64,000 bases of DNA from Acidobacteriota bacterium. Lineage in GTDB: Bacteria > Acidobacteriota > UBA6911 > RPQK01 > JAJDTT01. The number at the start of each line of letters is the position of its first letter. Position 1 is the first letter of the stretch. The notes under the pieces were generated by a model. The model had not been told where the DNA came from, ran no database searches, and worked only from the letters and a program-made list of their open reading frames with translations. The DNA lies in assembly GCA_965209055.1 (NCBI GenBank), contig OZ242374.1:2240001-2304000 (forward strand), written 5' to 3'. The position numbers and the translations under genes were made by a program. Of this stretch, positions 29,811 through 39,014 are shown in pieces.

Positions 29811-31547
29811 TCAGTTCCGGCTTCGGGAGGTGCTCCGAGAGCGGGACGCGCCTCCGGAAGATCCGGATTGCCTGGGAGGGGACTGTACCCGTGGGCTGGT
29901 CGAACGGCTGAACGACGGTGCCGATCGGTAAGTGGGAGTCGTCCTGTTGTAGGTCGGCACCGATGATGGTGTCCGTGACCTGGATCCCGAAGAGGATCGG
30001 ACCGACGGGCCGGTAAAGGTCGGCGAATTGCCGGATCTGGATCGTCTCGAACTCCAGACCGATGGCCTGGATGCGTTGCGGCTGCTGCGGGTACTGAACG
30101 ATCCTCTGGTGCCAGGCGATGTGCGAGAAAAGCTACGGCTCGACGACCTTGACCGGAAAGATTGCTGGGCCTGGGTCCGCGTGCCGTCGGTTCCGCTCCT
30201 GGCGACGCTGGGGCGTCGAGAGCCGCCGCCTGCGACTCCCTCCCGGGAAATCCCGGTGGGCCGGGATGCCGATCTGGAGGAGCGGACGTCACTCCTCGAA
30301 AGGGCGGAGCTGCGATTCCAGACACGGGAACGCCGAAGGTCTCTGGGCAGACCTTTCCGGAGACCACCCACGACGGCGTCGGAGGCCAAGACGCGGGTCC
30401 TTGTTGGTTCCCGGCCCAAGTCGTTCCGGTGAACGACGGTCAGGCCGTTGGAACGATCACGCGGATTCCGATTCGCCAAGGTATTGTTTGGGCCCACCGT
30501 GGTCGGATTTGCGCCTCCGATGCCCCTCCCGTAGTAGCCTCGGGGCGCCCAACCGAAGTAGTCGCCTCCCCAATAGAAGTCCACAAGTGCCGGTCGCCAT
30601 CGGTTGAACCCACCCGGCACCCAGGCCCAACGGCCCATGGGCCCGTAATAGATCCAGCGTCCGTAGTGGTAGGGGAGCCAGCCCCAGGGTTCATGGCTCA
30701 TCCAAGTCAGTCCGGTGGAAAGATAGCTCCACCGTCCGTATCGGAACGGAGCCCATCCCACCGAGGCGTCGGGCACCCAGACGTGCCCGTAACTGCCGGC
30801 GTTAGCCCAGTAGCCATGCTCGTCCAACGACTGGACCCCGGGAAAGTCAACACCTCCCAGGTATGCGGCGGAACGGCTGCTGACCATCGCGGCGTCACGC
30901 TGACCGCTCCAGAGCTCGAAATCGTCCAGATCCCGAACCAGCGCCTGAATTCCGATCCGGCGTGCGTCCAGAAGCAACTGTTGCCCCGTTTCCACTCGCT
31001 TCTTCCCGTGCCGGCTGCTGATTTCAGCCCGGCCCTCGTGGACCACCAGGCGGATCGAGCCGTCGGGATCGACTTGGATTCGGTAATGTCCCTTCTGGCG
31101 AATCTTGACCGAGGCCTGGTCCAGCTCGACCTGGATGCGGCCGGCGTCGTTCACCCGCAGGATCAGGTCTCCCTCGTGAAGCCTCAGGATCGTCTGCTTC
31201 CGGGACAGGTCAGGGAAGAGAACATCCGTCTCTCCGGAGATTCGAACGAAGTTTCCGTCCCCCAACTCCACCTCGATCCGCGAGCCGGGGTGGCCCATGA
31301 TCCGGTCGCCGCTGACCAGCGGCAGATTGAGCGCCACCTCGTTCCAGTCCACGTCACCCGCAGTCTCATAGGCGGCGGTGCCGTCCATGAAGCTGACCCG
31401 GGACGGATGGTCCCGTCCGGCCGAAACCCACGAGGCGAAATTGCCCGCAATCAGGACAAGGAACGCACTCAACAGAGCCGTTCGGCTCCACTGTCGCGGT
31501 CTTGAGCGTGTGGAATCACCGGTGGAAACTGGGGATGAGGTTTTCAT
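29811..31547 (-). CDS. Secreted FecR + DUF6600 protein with Arg/Ser-rich tail (copy 2)
   Basis: Clear paralog of 27497-29629 with shorter tail. Confidence 0.9.
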   Translation of the reverse strand: MKTSSPVSTGDSTRSRPRQWSRTALLSAFLVLIAGNFASWVSAGRDHPSRVSFMDGTAAYETAGDVDWNEVALNLPLVSGDRIMGHPGSRIEVELGDGNFVRISGETDVLFPDLSRKQTILRLHEGDLILRVNDAGRIQVELDQASVKIRQKGHYRIQVDPDGSIRLVVHEGRAEISSRHGKKRVETGQQLLLDARRIGIQALVRDLDDFELWSGQRDAAMVSSRSAAYLGGVDFPGVQSLDEHGYWANAGSYGHVWVPDASVGWAPFRYGRWSYLSTGLTWMSHEPWGWLPYHYGRWIYYGPMGRWAWVPGGFNRWRPALVDFYWGGDYFGWAPRGYYGRGIGGANPTTVGPNNTLANRNPRDRSNGLTVVHRNDLGREPTRTRVLASDAVVGGLRKGLPRDLRRSRVWNRSSALSRSDVRSSRSASRPTGISREGVAGGGSRRPSVARSGTDGTRTQAQQSFRSRSSSRSFSRTSPGTRGSFSTRSSRNASRPSVWSSRRSRSGNSPTFTGPSVRSSSGSRSRTPSSVPTYNRTTPTYRSAPSFSRSTSPRVQSPPRQSGSSGGASRSRSTSRSRN

Positions 31548-31564
31548 GATTGCCTCCCATTATA

Positions 31565-31592
31565 CAGACGGAGGCACTCTTTGCCTGGTTCA
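31565..31592 (-). promoter_or_regulatory. ECF sigma-type promoter TGAACC-N16-CGTCTG (copy 2)
   Basis: Same architecture and same 17-nt distance from -10 box to ATG as copy 1. Confidence 0.75.
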
Positions 31593-31634
31593 ATCTTGAG
31601 ATTAAGTTTTTGTCGATTTTCCTGACTTGGCTCC

Positions 31635-32723
31635 TTAGCGAGTAAGTTCGTAGGTGCCCTTCAAATTCGAGTCATCCCGGAACAGTACGATCCAACTGCC
31701 GGAAACCGAATTCGACTCGAATGAGAAGTCGTCGTGTCCCATCGACATGGTCACCTCTTCGGCATAGAAAGGATCTTCAACAATCGTAAAAGCCAGCCGG
31801 AGGAAGCCATTCTCCAGTTCGCCGTTGACCAGACTCACCTTTGGATTTTCTATGGCTTCCCCGTCCAACTCCAAGATCATCATGTAACCGCGAATGAAAA
31901 AGCCCTCGGCCCAGAGAGAGAGTTCACCGGTGGCGTAGCTTTCTTCGACGTCAAGGCGAACCGAGTAGGTGACCGGGGTCGGATCCAGAGGAAGGCTGGA
32001 GAATTGTCCGCCTGAGAAGGTGAGAGCCGTTCCGAAGATGGCCAAATCGGACGCGATCTCCACCTTCCCCCGTTGGAGGGTCTGGCCGGGAAACAGTTCA
32101 TTCAGGAACCTGGCCGTATGAGCGAGCGATCCCAGTCTGATTGTTCGCGTTGGCCCCACCGGGATTCCGTCGGAGGAGAACAGGTTCAGTTCGACCGTGG
32201 CCCTTCGCCGTCCGCTCATGTCCCCGTTGACGAGGGCCAGGGCGGTATCCCCGAATTCTTCGAAGGGAATGGCAGCCCGATAGAATTCCTTGGACGGGGC
32301 AATGCCCACGCTGTCGCTCACCTGACCACCATCGAGAATCTGATAGGTGAGATTTGCCTCGATTAGATTGTCCAGCAACAGGTTGTCGGAGAGCAGGATG
32401 GCGGTCCCCACCTCCAGTTGGGTCCCGGTCAGACGAAGCGTGACCGTTTCGGCCGGCCGGACTTCCACTTCATATTCCCCGTCTTGCACGGGGACGCCGT
32501 TGATGGTCGGGTTCCAAGCCATGCTCGCATTGTTTACGGTTCGGAACAGGCCCAGCGTCCCGACATAAGGTCCTGTACCCCGGTTGGTGAGGTTGATGAC
32601 CGTCTCGTATCCGCCTCCCACCACGACTTGCCCGAACGCGGCGTCCTTCTTGGGAAAGTAGTTCTGCGCCGAGACGGCGGTTACGAAGCCCAGCCAGATC
32701 AGCAAGAATCTCTTTGTCTGCAT
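31635..32723 (-). CDS. Secreted hypothetical beta-rich protein
   Basis: GGAGGAG RBS, signal peptide ending VSA-Q, FGQVVVGGGY-T motif; acidic; visibly lower GC. Confidence 0.75.
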   Translation of the reverse strand: MQTKRFLLIWLGFVTAVSAQNYFPKKDAAFGQVVVGGGYETVINLTNRGTGPYVGTLGLFRTVNNASMAWNPTINGVPVQDGEYEVEVRPAETVTLRLTGTQLEVGTAILLSDNLLLDNLIEANLTYQILDGGQVSDSVGIAPSKEFYRAAIPFEEFGDTALALVNGDMSGRRRATVELNLFSSDGIPVGPTRTIRLGSLAHTARFLNELFPGQTLQRGKVEIASDLAIFGTALTFSGGQFSSLPLDPTPVTYSVRLDVEESYATGELSLWAEGFFIRGYMMILELDGEAIENPKVSLVNGELENGFLRLAFTIVEDPFYAEEVTMSMGHDDFSFESNSVSGSWIVLFRDDSNLKGTYELTR

Positions 32724-32801
32724 GTGTACTCCTCCGACTCTTTCTGTCTCTCCTGACGGGATGGGTGCGGCAATGGTTCGATTCCCCATCCTGGACGACG
32801 C

Positions 32802-33848
32802 TCAATACCCGGCCGTCTTGTTGACGACGTTCCGGAGGGGCCGGCCGGTGGCGAACCGTTCGATGTTGTCCCGGATCAGATTCGCGAGCCGAACCCGCGA
32901 CAGACGGGAGCGGGTCGCCACGTGGGGTGTGATGATGACGTTGTCCATCTTCCAGAGCGGATGGTCGGCGGGAAGCGGTTCCGGATCGGTGACGTCCAGG
33001 CCGGCGGCCAGGACTTTGCCTGATCGCAGGGCCTCCAGCAACGCGTCGGTCCGGATCACCTTTCCCCGGGAGACGTTCACCACGTAGACGCCCTCCTTCA
33101 TGGCGGCGAACTCGGCGGGTCCCAGCATTCCTTCCGAGGCGGGCGTGTGGGGGACGCAGCTCACCACCACGTCGGCCTCCGGGAGGACCCGGTGCAACTG
33201 GTCCGGAGCCACCACCTCCTCCACGTCACGGCTCAGCGGGATGTCCTTGGGGTCGACGCCCAGGACCCGCATGTCGAAGGCCGCGGCGCGTTGGGCCACC
33301 TGGGAGCCGATGCCGCCCAAGCCGATGATCACCATGGTCTTGCGGCGGAGCTCGATCATGGGCAGCCGGGTCTTTCCGCGCATCCAGTTTCCGCGGTCCA
33401 TTTCCCGGTCGTACTCTTTGAGATTCCGGGTGAGGGCGAGCAGCAGGGCGAAGACATGGTCGGCGATCTCGGGTCCCATCATGATCTTGGCGTTGGTCAA
33501 GGTGATGTCGCTGTCCCTCAATTCGGGAATGTGGACGATCTTCTCCACTCCGGCGCTGGTGCTGTGCACCCATCTCAGCTTCTTTCCCTGGCGCAGGATT
33601 TCCTGGCCCTTTTGGCCGTAGGGAAGCCCGATGATGGCATCGCAGTCGGCGATGACGCCGGCAATCCCCCCCTGGCCGGCCGTTACCAGCTCCAGGTTGG
33701 GCAGCCGCTTTTCCAGATCGGCGAACTGTTTCTTGTCGCCGGCCCCGACCAGGACCCTCACCTTCGAGGCGAGGGCCGGACTCTGACCCTGGGCCACGAT
33801 CCAGAGCAAGCACAGAATCGTTGTCTTCATTGCGAACCGCGTGTGCAT
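32802..33848 (-). CDS. D-2-hydroxyacid dehydrogenase with signal-peptide-like N-terminus
   Basis: GLGGIG, NVSRG, LDVTDPEPL, ITPHVA. Confidence 0.92.
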   Translation of the reverse strand: MHTRFAMKTTILCLLWIVAQGQSPALASKVRVLVGAGDKKQFADLEKRLPNLELVTAGQGGIAGVIADCDAIIGLPYGQKGQEILRQGKKLRWVHSTSAGVEKIVHIPELRDSDITLTNAKIMMGPEIADHVFALLLALTRNLKEYDREMDRGNWMRGKTRLPMIELRRKTMVIIGLGGIGSQVAQRAAAFDMRVLGVDPKDIPLSRDVEEVVAPDQLHRVLPEADVVVSCVPHTPASEGMLGPAEFAAMKEGVYVVNVSRGKVIRTDALLEALRSGKVLAAGLDVTDPEPLPADHPLWKMDNVIITPHVATRSRLSRVRLANLIRDNIERFATGRPLRNVVNKTAGY

Positions 33849-33959
33849 AACCTTCTCCTTGGTGGGATCGAACTTAAAACCTGACGCCGAGCCGGGACAC
33901 TGAGACCATAATGAGACAAACTGTTCAGGAATCAAACCTGGATCGGAGGTGCGACAGCC

Positions 33960-34916
33960 ATGAGGAAATGGACACTGCTGCTGGTATTGACCCTTTTCCC
34001 CCATCTGGCCGGCTCCGGGACCGTCGCCTCTTCTGAAGCGGCCGAATCCCCGAAGCGGATCAACAAGGCCATCGAGCTGCTGGAGCGAGGGCAGCCCATC
34101 TACTACACGGGAGGCCACGGCGGTTACGAGGAGGGGCGCAAGCTGGCCCGGACCTGGGCCGACTACATCAACTACGAGATGGAGCATGGGTCCTACGACG
34201 TGACGGCGCTCCGGAGATTCATGCAGGGCCTGGTGGACGGCGGCCCCACCCCCAGCGGACACCGGACGCCGGCCGTGATCTGCACGCTGCCCGTGGGCGG
34301 AATCGACGAGGCCACCATGAAGGCCAACTACTGGATGGTGCAACAGGTCCTGGCCACCGGCGTCCATGGGATCCTGCTCTGCCACGCGCGGACTCCGGGA
34401 GCGGTCCGGGTCCTGGTCCAGGCCGCCCGCTATCCCTTTCACCGCCAGGGAGTGGGGTCCGCGCTCGAAGAGGGGCTGAGAGGCAGCGGAGGCCAAGGCT
34501 ACGCCAGCCAGATCTGGGGGGTCAGAGGGGGCCGTTACCTGGAATTGGCCGATCCCTGGCCCCTGAATCCCCAGGGAGAGATTCTGTTGGGTCTCAAGGT
34601 GGAAGACCGGCACGCTCTGATCAATGCGGAGGGGAGCATTCAGGTGCCGGGGGTGGGATTCGCCGAGTGGGGTCCCAGCGACATGAGATTTTCGTTGCGG
34701 GCCACAAAACTCCCGGGCGAGGAACTCTCCAAGCGGCTGCAAGCGGCCCGGCAACGAGTCTTTGCGGCCTGCAAGTCGGCCGGAGTGGCCTTCCTCAACG
34801 GCGTGCGGCCGGATACGGTGATCGCCATGATCGACGAGGGCGTCATGATCGGGTCCGGAGGGCAGGAAGCCGCCGAGAAGGGGCGCAAGTACACCAAGCG
34901 GAAGATGCCCTGGTGA
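33960..34916 (+). CDS. HpcH/HpaI aldolase/citrate lyase family protein with signal peptide
   Basis: EMEHG, QQVLATGVHG, KVED, EWGPSD motifs. Confidence 0.8.
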   Translation: MRKWTLLLVLTLFPHLAGSGTVASSEAAESPKRINKAIELLERGQPIYYTGGHGGYEEGRKLARTWADYINYEMEHGSYDVTALRRFMQGLVDGGPTPSGHRTPAVICTLPVGGIDEATMKANYWMVQQVLATGVHGILLCHARTPGAVRVLVQAARYPFHRQGVGSALEEGLRGSGGQGYASQIWGVRGGRYLELADPWPLNPQGEILLGLKVEDRHALINAEGSIQVPGVGFAEWGPSDMRFSLRATKLPGEELSKRLQAARQRVFAACKSAGVAFLNGVRPDTVIAMIDEGVMIGSGGQEAAEKGRKYTKRKMPW

Positions 34917-34955
34917 ATTTCGGGCCCGCGCGACTCCGTGCGGCAAAGCGCCGGG

Positions 34956-37637
34956 TCAGGCTTCCGGAGGTCCGGTCACGATCGGTGCGGCGACGACTTT
35001 TCCGCCCGATCGCGCCGTCGCGATGACGGTTTCCCCAGGTTCCACGTCGACGAGGCCCGCGACCGGCAACCGCCCGTCCGGGAGTGTGCGCGCGCCGCGC
35101 AGCGGTCTTCCGTCGGTTCGGGAGAGCAACACCTCGGCGTCGGGCAGCAACTTGACGACGGGCAGGGAACAGGAGGGAATCCTTCCGGTGCGGGAAGCGG
35201 GTTCACGGACCTGGCCTCCGCCGCGGGGGCGCTCGGCCGGTGGGTCCACAAGATTTCGGATCCGCAGACCGATGGCCGGGTCCTCCCCTCTCGGGTCGAA
35301 CTCCATTTCCAGGAAGTTCCAATAGAAGGGTCCGTCCAGTTTTTGCAGGTCCGGCGTGTCGTAGCTCTGATGGTAGAGCGCCGTGACGGCCACCTCCCGC
35401 CCGTCGAAATCGGTCATGCGCGGCCCGAAGCCCTCCTTGACGCCCCGGCCCCCGCTCCGGCCGATGGGACCGAAGGAACATTCGAAGACCCGGTGCTGCA
35501 CGTTCTGCAGGATCATGCCGGTATGAACGTCCCCGTAGACCGTGGTCACGCCCGTGCGTGAACCGAGCATCTCCAGCACCCGGTCCGACCCCGCCGCGAC
35601 CCATCCGGCGTAATCGGCCGCCACCCGGTCCCGCTCGCCGAGGCTGGTCTTGGCGTCGGGCCGCCGGCCGTCCCCGGTCCAGATGGTGTGAAGGCCGTTG
35701 ATGCCGGTCAGGCAGATCAGAGGCGAGGAATCGGTGCGAATCGTCTCGCGCAGCCAGGCGAACTGCTCCTCTCCCAGGAGACTGCGGGTGACGTCGGTTC
35801 GCGGATAGAGGTTCTCCCTGGCGCCCCAGCCCTGGTCGTCCCAGATGTTGGTGTCCTGGCTGGAGCGCCAGAGGCGGGAGTCGAGGATGAGCAGGCTGAA
35901 ATCGCCATTGGGCATCTTCCAGCGCCGCCATTTCTTGGGGTTTTCGGTTCCGGAGGGCGCCTCGTCTCCCGTCACCAGGTGGTGAACGATCTGGAAGTTG
36001 CGCCGCATGTAGTCCCGGTCCTGGCCCAGATCGCCGTGGGCCCGGATGGCGATCTGCTCCGGACCCTTGACGTCGTCCATGCCGTAATCGTGGTCGCCGG
36101 GATTGATGGTGTTCCAGTGGCGCATCATCTGCCAGCGCGTGGTGGGGCCGCAGAGCGTGGTGGTGACGATCTTGTACGCGTCGTCAGGGGAGGGCGGGTA
36201 GAGGAGGAGTTCCATGTACCAGACGTCGTCCTCCCACATCATGACCTGGAAACCGTATTCCTCCAGGTGCCGGTAGGCGCCCGGCGTGGGCTGGTCGTGG
36301 ACGAAGAACCCTCCACCCGGTCCCGCGTCGGGCAGATTCGGCTGACTTCCGTGGATGGCATGGCAGGAGAGGCCGCACAGCCGGTAGGGGGCCGAGAGCC
36401 TGGGGAGCCGCCCCACGTAGGCGCCGCTTTCGGGGACGCCGCCGACCTGGCCGGTGCCGATGCCGACGGCGTCGCTGCCCGGTCTGGGGTCCGCCGTCAC
36501 GTTGCGTCCGTCTTTCCAGACCGTGTAGTAGAGGTCGGTTTCCGCGGGATTCCGTGGCAGCGCGGCGTCGATCACGGCCGTATTGCGCCGGAAATCGTTG
36601 TTGACGATGGGCGCCCGACCCGCCACCGAAACCGGCTCCCAGCCCCCGTCCGGTTGCGGCGTGTCCGCGACCCGCACCTCGGCCCTCTCGCCGTCGCTAC
36701 GGAACAGGGCGATGAATCGCACGTGCCAGGCGTCGCCTGCCTGGCGCAGGGTGTCCCCCAGGGCGTAGCAGACGTGGCACTCATTGAGCGGCGGGTCCAG
36801 GGGAATGTTCTCGCCCGGGTCGATCCTGAATTCGTCGACTTCGAAGTCCAGGAGGCCGCGTGCCGCGATTCCTGCGAAGCCCTGAGGGTGTCTTGTGCGG
36901 TCCCGGTTCTCCACCTGAATCTCGGCGACTCTGCCGCGTCCCTCGAGGTCCAGCGACGCCGACACGGTTCCGCGGTCGGAATCGGCGCCTGAGACGGACA
37001 CGGCGATCCGGTAACGGTCCCCGGCTGCCGGCTTCGGAACCCGTTTGCCGGTGATCACGGTTTCCGAACCGTGCTCACGAATCCCGAAGCGGCCGTCGTC
37101 GGTCCACGCCGCGATCCAGGCCGCCTTCCCGTCGGGTCCGGACATGCCGAACGACTCGTACAGAGTCGACGAACCGAAAGCGAGGCCCAGCAGGCCGTAC
37201 CCCGCCTGGTACATGCGCCAGTTGGGATCGTCGTGCTCCGACGGGCTGTGCGCAGGCGCGTGAATCCGTCCCGTCATCTCGAGCCCGTAGTTTCCGGTCA
37301 GGCGCCAATGCCGGTGCCAGATCAGCCCCGGGGGAAGCGAGGGGTCGTAGTCGACCGGCATGGTGTGGCTCCCCAGCCGGTCTCCATGAGTCTCGTAGTG
37401 GTAGGGGAATCCCGTGTTGCGGGCCCGGTCGCCGAAGTTGTGGATCTGCCGCCGCAGGGCGTTCTTCCGGATGCTCCAGTAGCCGGGATTGAGCGTCTCC
37501 CAATCGTCCCCGTGGTAAAGGGAGTCCGGCCGCCGGAAAGAGACGGCGTGCGCCCGAGCCTCTTTGGTGGAGACCGAGGCCACCGCCGTGGCCGTGGCCG
37601 CCTGCAGGAACGTTCTGCGGTTCATGGAGTTTTTCAT
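34956..37637 (-). CDS. Tat-exported PhoD-like metallophosphoesterase with extra N-terminal domains
   Basis: MNRRTFLQ; WEDDVWY, PGDHDY, LDSR, LLGEEQFAWL, YGDVH. Confidence 0.8.
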   Translation of the reverse strand: MKNSMNRRTFLQAATATAVASVSTKEARAHAVSFRRPDSLYHGDDWETLNPGYWSIRKNALRRQIHNFGDRARNTGFPYHYETHGDRLGSHTMPVDYDPSLPPGLIWHRHWRLTGNYGLEMTGRIHAPAHSPSEHDDPNWRMYQAGYGLLGLAFGSSTLYESFGMSGPDGKAAWIAAWTDDGRFGIREHGSETVITGKRVPKPAAGDRYRIAVSVSGADSDRGTVSASLDLEGRGRVAEIQVENRDRTRHPQGFAGIAARGLLDFEVDEFRIDPGENIPLDPPLNECHVCYALGDTLRQAGDAWHVRFIALFRSDGERAEVRVADTPQPDGGWEPVSVAGRAPIVNNDFRRNTAVIDAALPRNPAETDLYYTVWKDGRNVTADPRPGSDAVGIGTGQVGGVPESGAYVGRLPRLSAPYRLCGLSCHAIHGSQPNLPDAGPGGGFFVHDQPTPGAYRHLEEYGFQVMMWEDDVWYMELLLYPPSPDDAYKIVTTTLCGPTTRWQMMRHWNTINPGDHDYGMDDVKGPEQIAIRAHGDLGQDRDYMRRNFQIVHHLVTGDEAPSGTENPKKWRRWKMPNGDFSLLILDSRLWRSSQDTNIWDDQGWGARENLYPRTDVTRSLLGEEQFAWLRETIRTDSSPLICLTGINGLHTIWTGDGRRPDAKTSLGERDRVAADYAGWVAAGSDRVLEMLGSRTGVTTVYGDVHTGMILQNVQHRVFECSFGPIGRSGGRGVKEGFGPRMTDFDGREVAVTALYHQSYDTPDLQKLDGPFYWNFLEMEFDPRGEDPAIGLRIRNLVDPPAERPRGGGQVREPASRTGRIPSCSLPVVKLLPDAEVLLSRTDGRPLRGARTLPDGRLPVAGLVDVEPGETVIATARSGGKVVAAPIVTGPPEA

Positions 37638-37695
37638 TGCTTGCGTCTCCAGCCGGGGCGGCCGCCGCCGCGTCCCGGCGAGCGCCGGCCCCGTC

Positions 37696-38250
37696 TCAGT
37701 TGTGGCAGAGTTTGCAGGCCTGCTCCCGGTCTACGATGAGATGATCCGCCACCGTGGAACCATGGGCGTTGTGGCAGAGGCCGCAGTCGCGAAGGACGTG
37801 AGGGGCGTGCTGGTGGCTGTCCACGAACGTGGTCTTGTTGTGACAGGTGAAGCAATCGCCCTTGAAGCGAAACCGTCCCCGCCGGCTCAGCGCGTGGCAG
37901 GTCTGGCAGTCGATGGCGAACGGTGGATGCAGGCGAAAGGGAGAGAATCCCTCGGGCGCTCCCTCTCCCACGAAGAACCGGATCTCCCGGCGTCCGTCCT
38001 CCCAGACCAGGGCCAGCGAGTGCTCTCCGGGACCCGGAGTGACCTTGGCATGGAAAACGTCGGGAAAGGGTTCGTGGGCGGAGAGAAGCTGGCCGTCGAG
38101 TTCCAGCCGGGCGCCGGGACCGGTAGCCGCAATGCTGATCTCTCCGGCGGGAAGAATCGACCGGTCGGGCGGCCGGACGATCTTGCCCTCCTCTCCCGCA
38201 ATGGCGGGAGGGAGCAGACCCAGGACGACTGCGGCAACCAGGGTTCTCAC
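37696..38250 (-). CDS. Tetraheme c-type cytochrome with N-terminal Ig-like domain
   Basis: Signal peptide; CQTCH, CFTCH, CGLCH, CKLCH; GTG start overlapping upstream stop. Confidence 0.85.
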   Translation of the reverse strand: MRTLVAAVVLGLLPPAIAGEEGKIVRPPDRSILPAGEISIAATGPGARLELDGQLLSAHEPFPDVFHAKVTPGPGEHSLALVWEDGRREIRFFVGEGAPEGFSPFRLHPPFAIDCQTCHALSRRGRFRFKGDCFTCHNKTTFVDSHQHAPHVLRDCGLCHNAHGSTVADHLIVDREQACKLCHN

Positions 38251-39014
38251 AAGTGGAGGCGGCAGATGTAGCCCGAGTACCGGCTGTTCGAGTCCCCTCC
38301 GCCGGGAGCGATGCCGGCGTCGGTGTAGTAGAAGACCCCTTGGTGCATGGTCATCCCGTGGGGATCGGGGTCGGACCGGCTCAACTGGATGGCCTCCATG
38401 ATGCGGCCGTCCTTGGCGTCCAGACGGTGGATCACGTAGTCGTTCGAGAACATGCACCAGATGGAACCGTCGTCCCACGCCAGCCCGTGGGCTCGTCCCA
38501 GGGTCACCGGGATGGAGTGGAGTACCCGGAAATCGGGATCCACCTGGGTCAGGCTCTTGCGGCGCAAGGTGGTGATCCAGAGCGTGTTTTCGGCCCAGTT
38601 CAGGCCGTGCACGCCTCCTCCGCCGGGAACCGGATGCCGGGCCAGGGTCTTGCCGGTCGAGGGATCGATCTGCAGGATACGTCCGGTCTTGGCGTCGGTC
38701 GGTCTCGGCGGCCTTCGCAGCGCGGGTCCGTTGGCCGCCATCCAGAGGTAGCCTCCCCCGTACGCCATGCCGCTGGTGTTCGTGGACTCGGTGGGGACCT
38801 CCTGCAATACCTTGCCCGTCTTCCAGTCCAGAAGGTAGGCCTTGTTGGTGAGCTGCTCTCCCACCCAGAGACCCTCGGCGGTGGCCTCCAAGGCGTTGGG
38901 ATATTTGTCGGGAGACATCCACAGGGGCTCCACTCTGGGTGTGCGGACCGGATAGCCTCGCGGTCCCAACGCGGCCGCCGCCAACAGCTCCAAGAATTCT
39001 CTGCGATAGAACAT
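38247..39014 (-). CDS. Tat-type beta-propeller protein (glutaminyl-cyclase/Vgb-like)
   Basis: RREFL signal; repeated HG[LM][AN]W-x-x-x-x-[LI]W blades. Confidence 0.7.
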   Translation of the reverse strand: MFYRREFLELLAAAALGPRGYPVRTPRVEPLWMSPDKYPNALEATAEGLWVGEQLTNKAYLLDWKTGKVLQEVPTESTNTSGMAYGGGYLWMAANGPALRRPPRPTDAKTGRILQIDPSTGKTLARHPVPGGGGVHGLNWAENTLWITTLRRKSLTQVDPDFRVLHSIPVTLGRAHGLAWDDGSIWCMFSNDYVIHRLDAKDGRIMEAIQLSRSDPDPHGMTMHQGVFYYTDAGIAPGGGDSNSRYSGYICRLHL

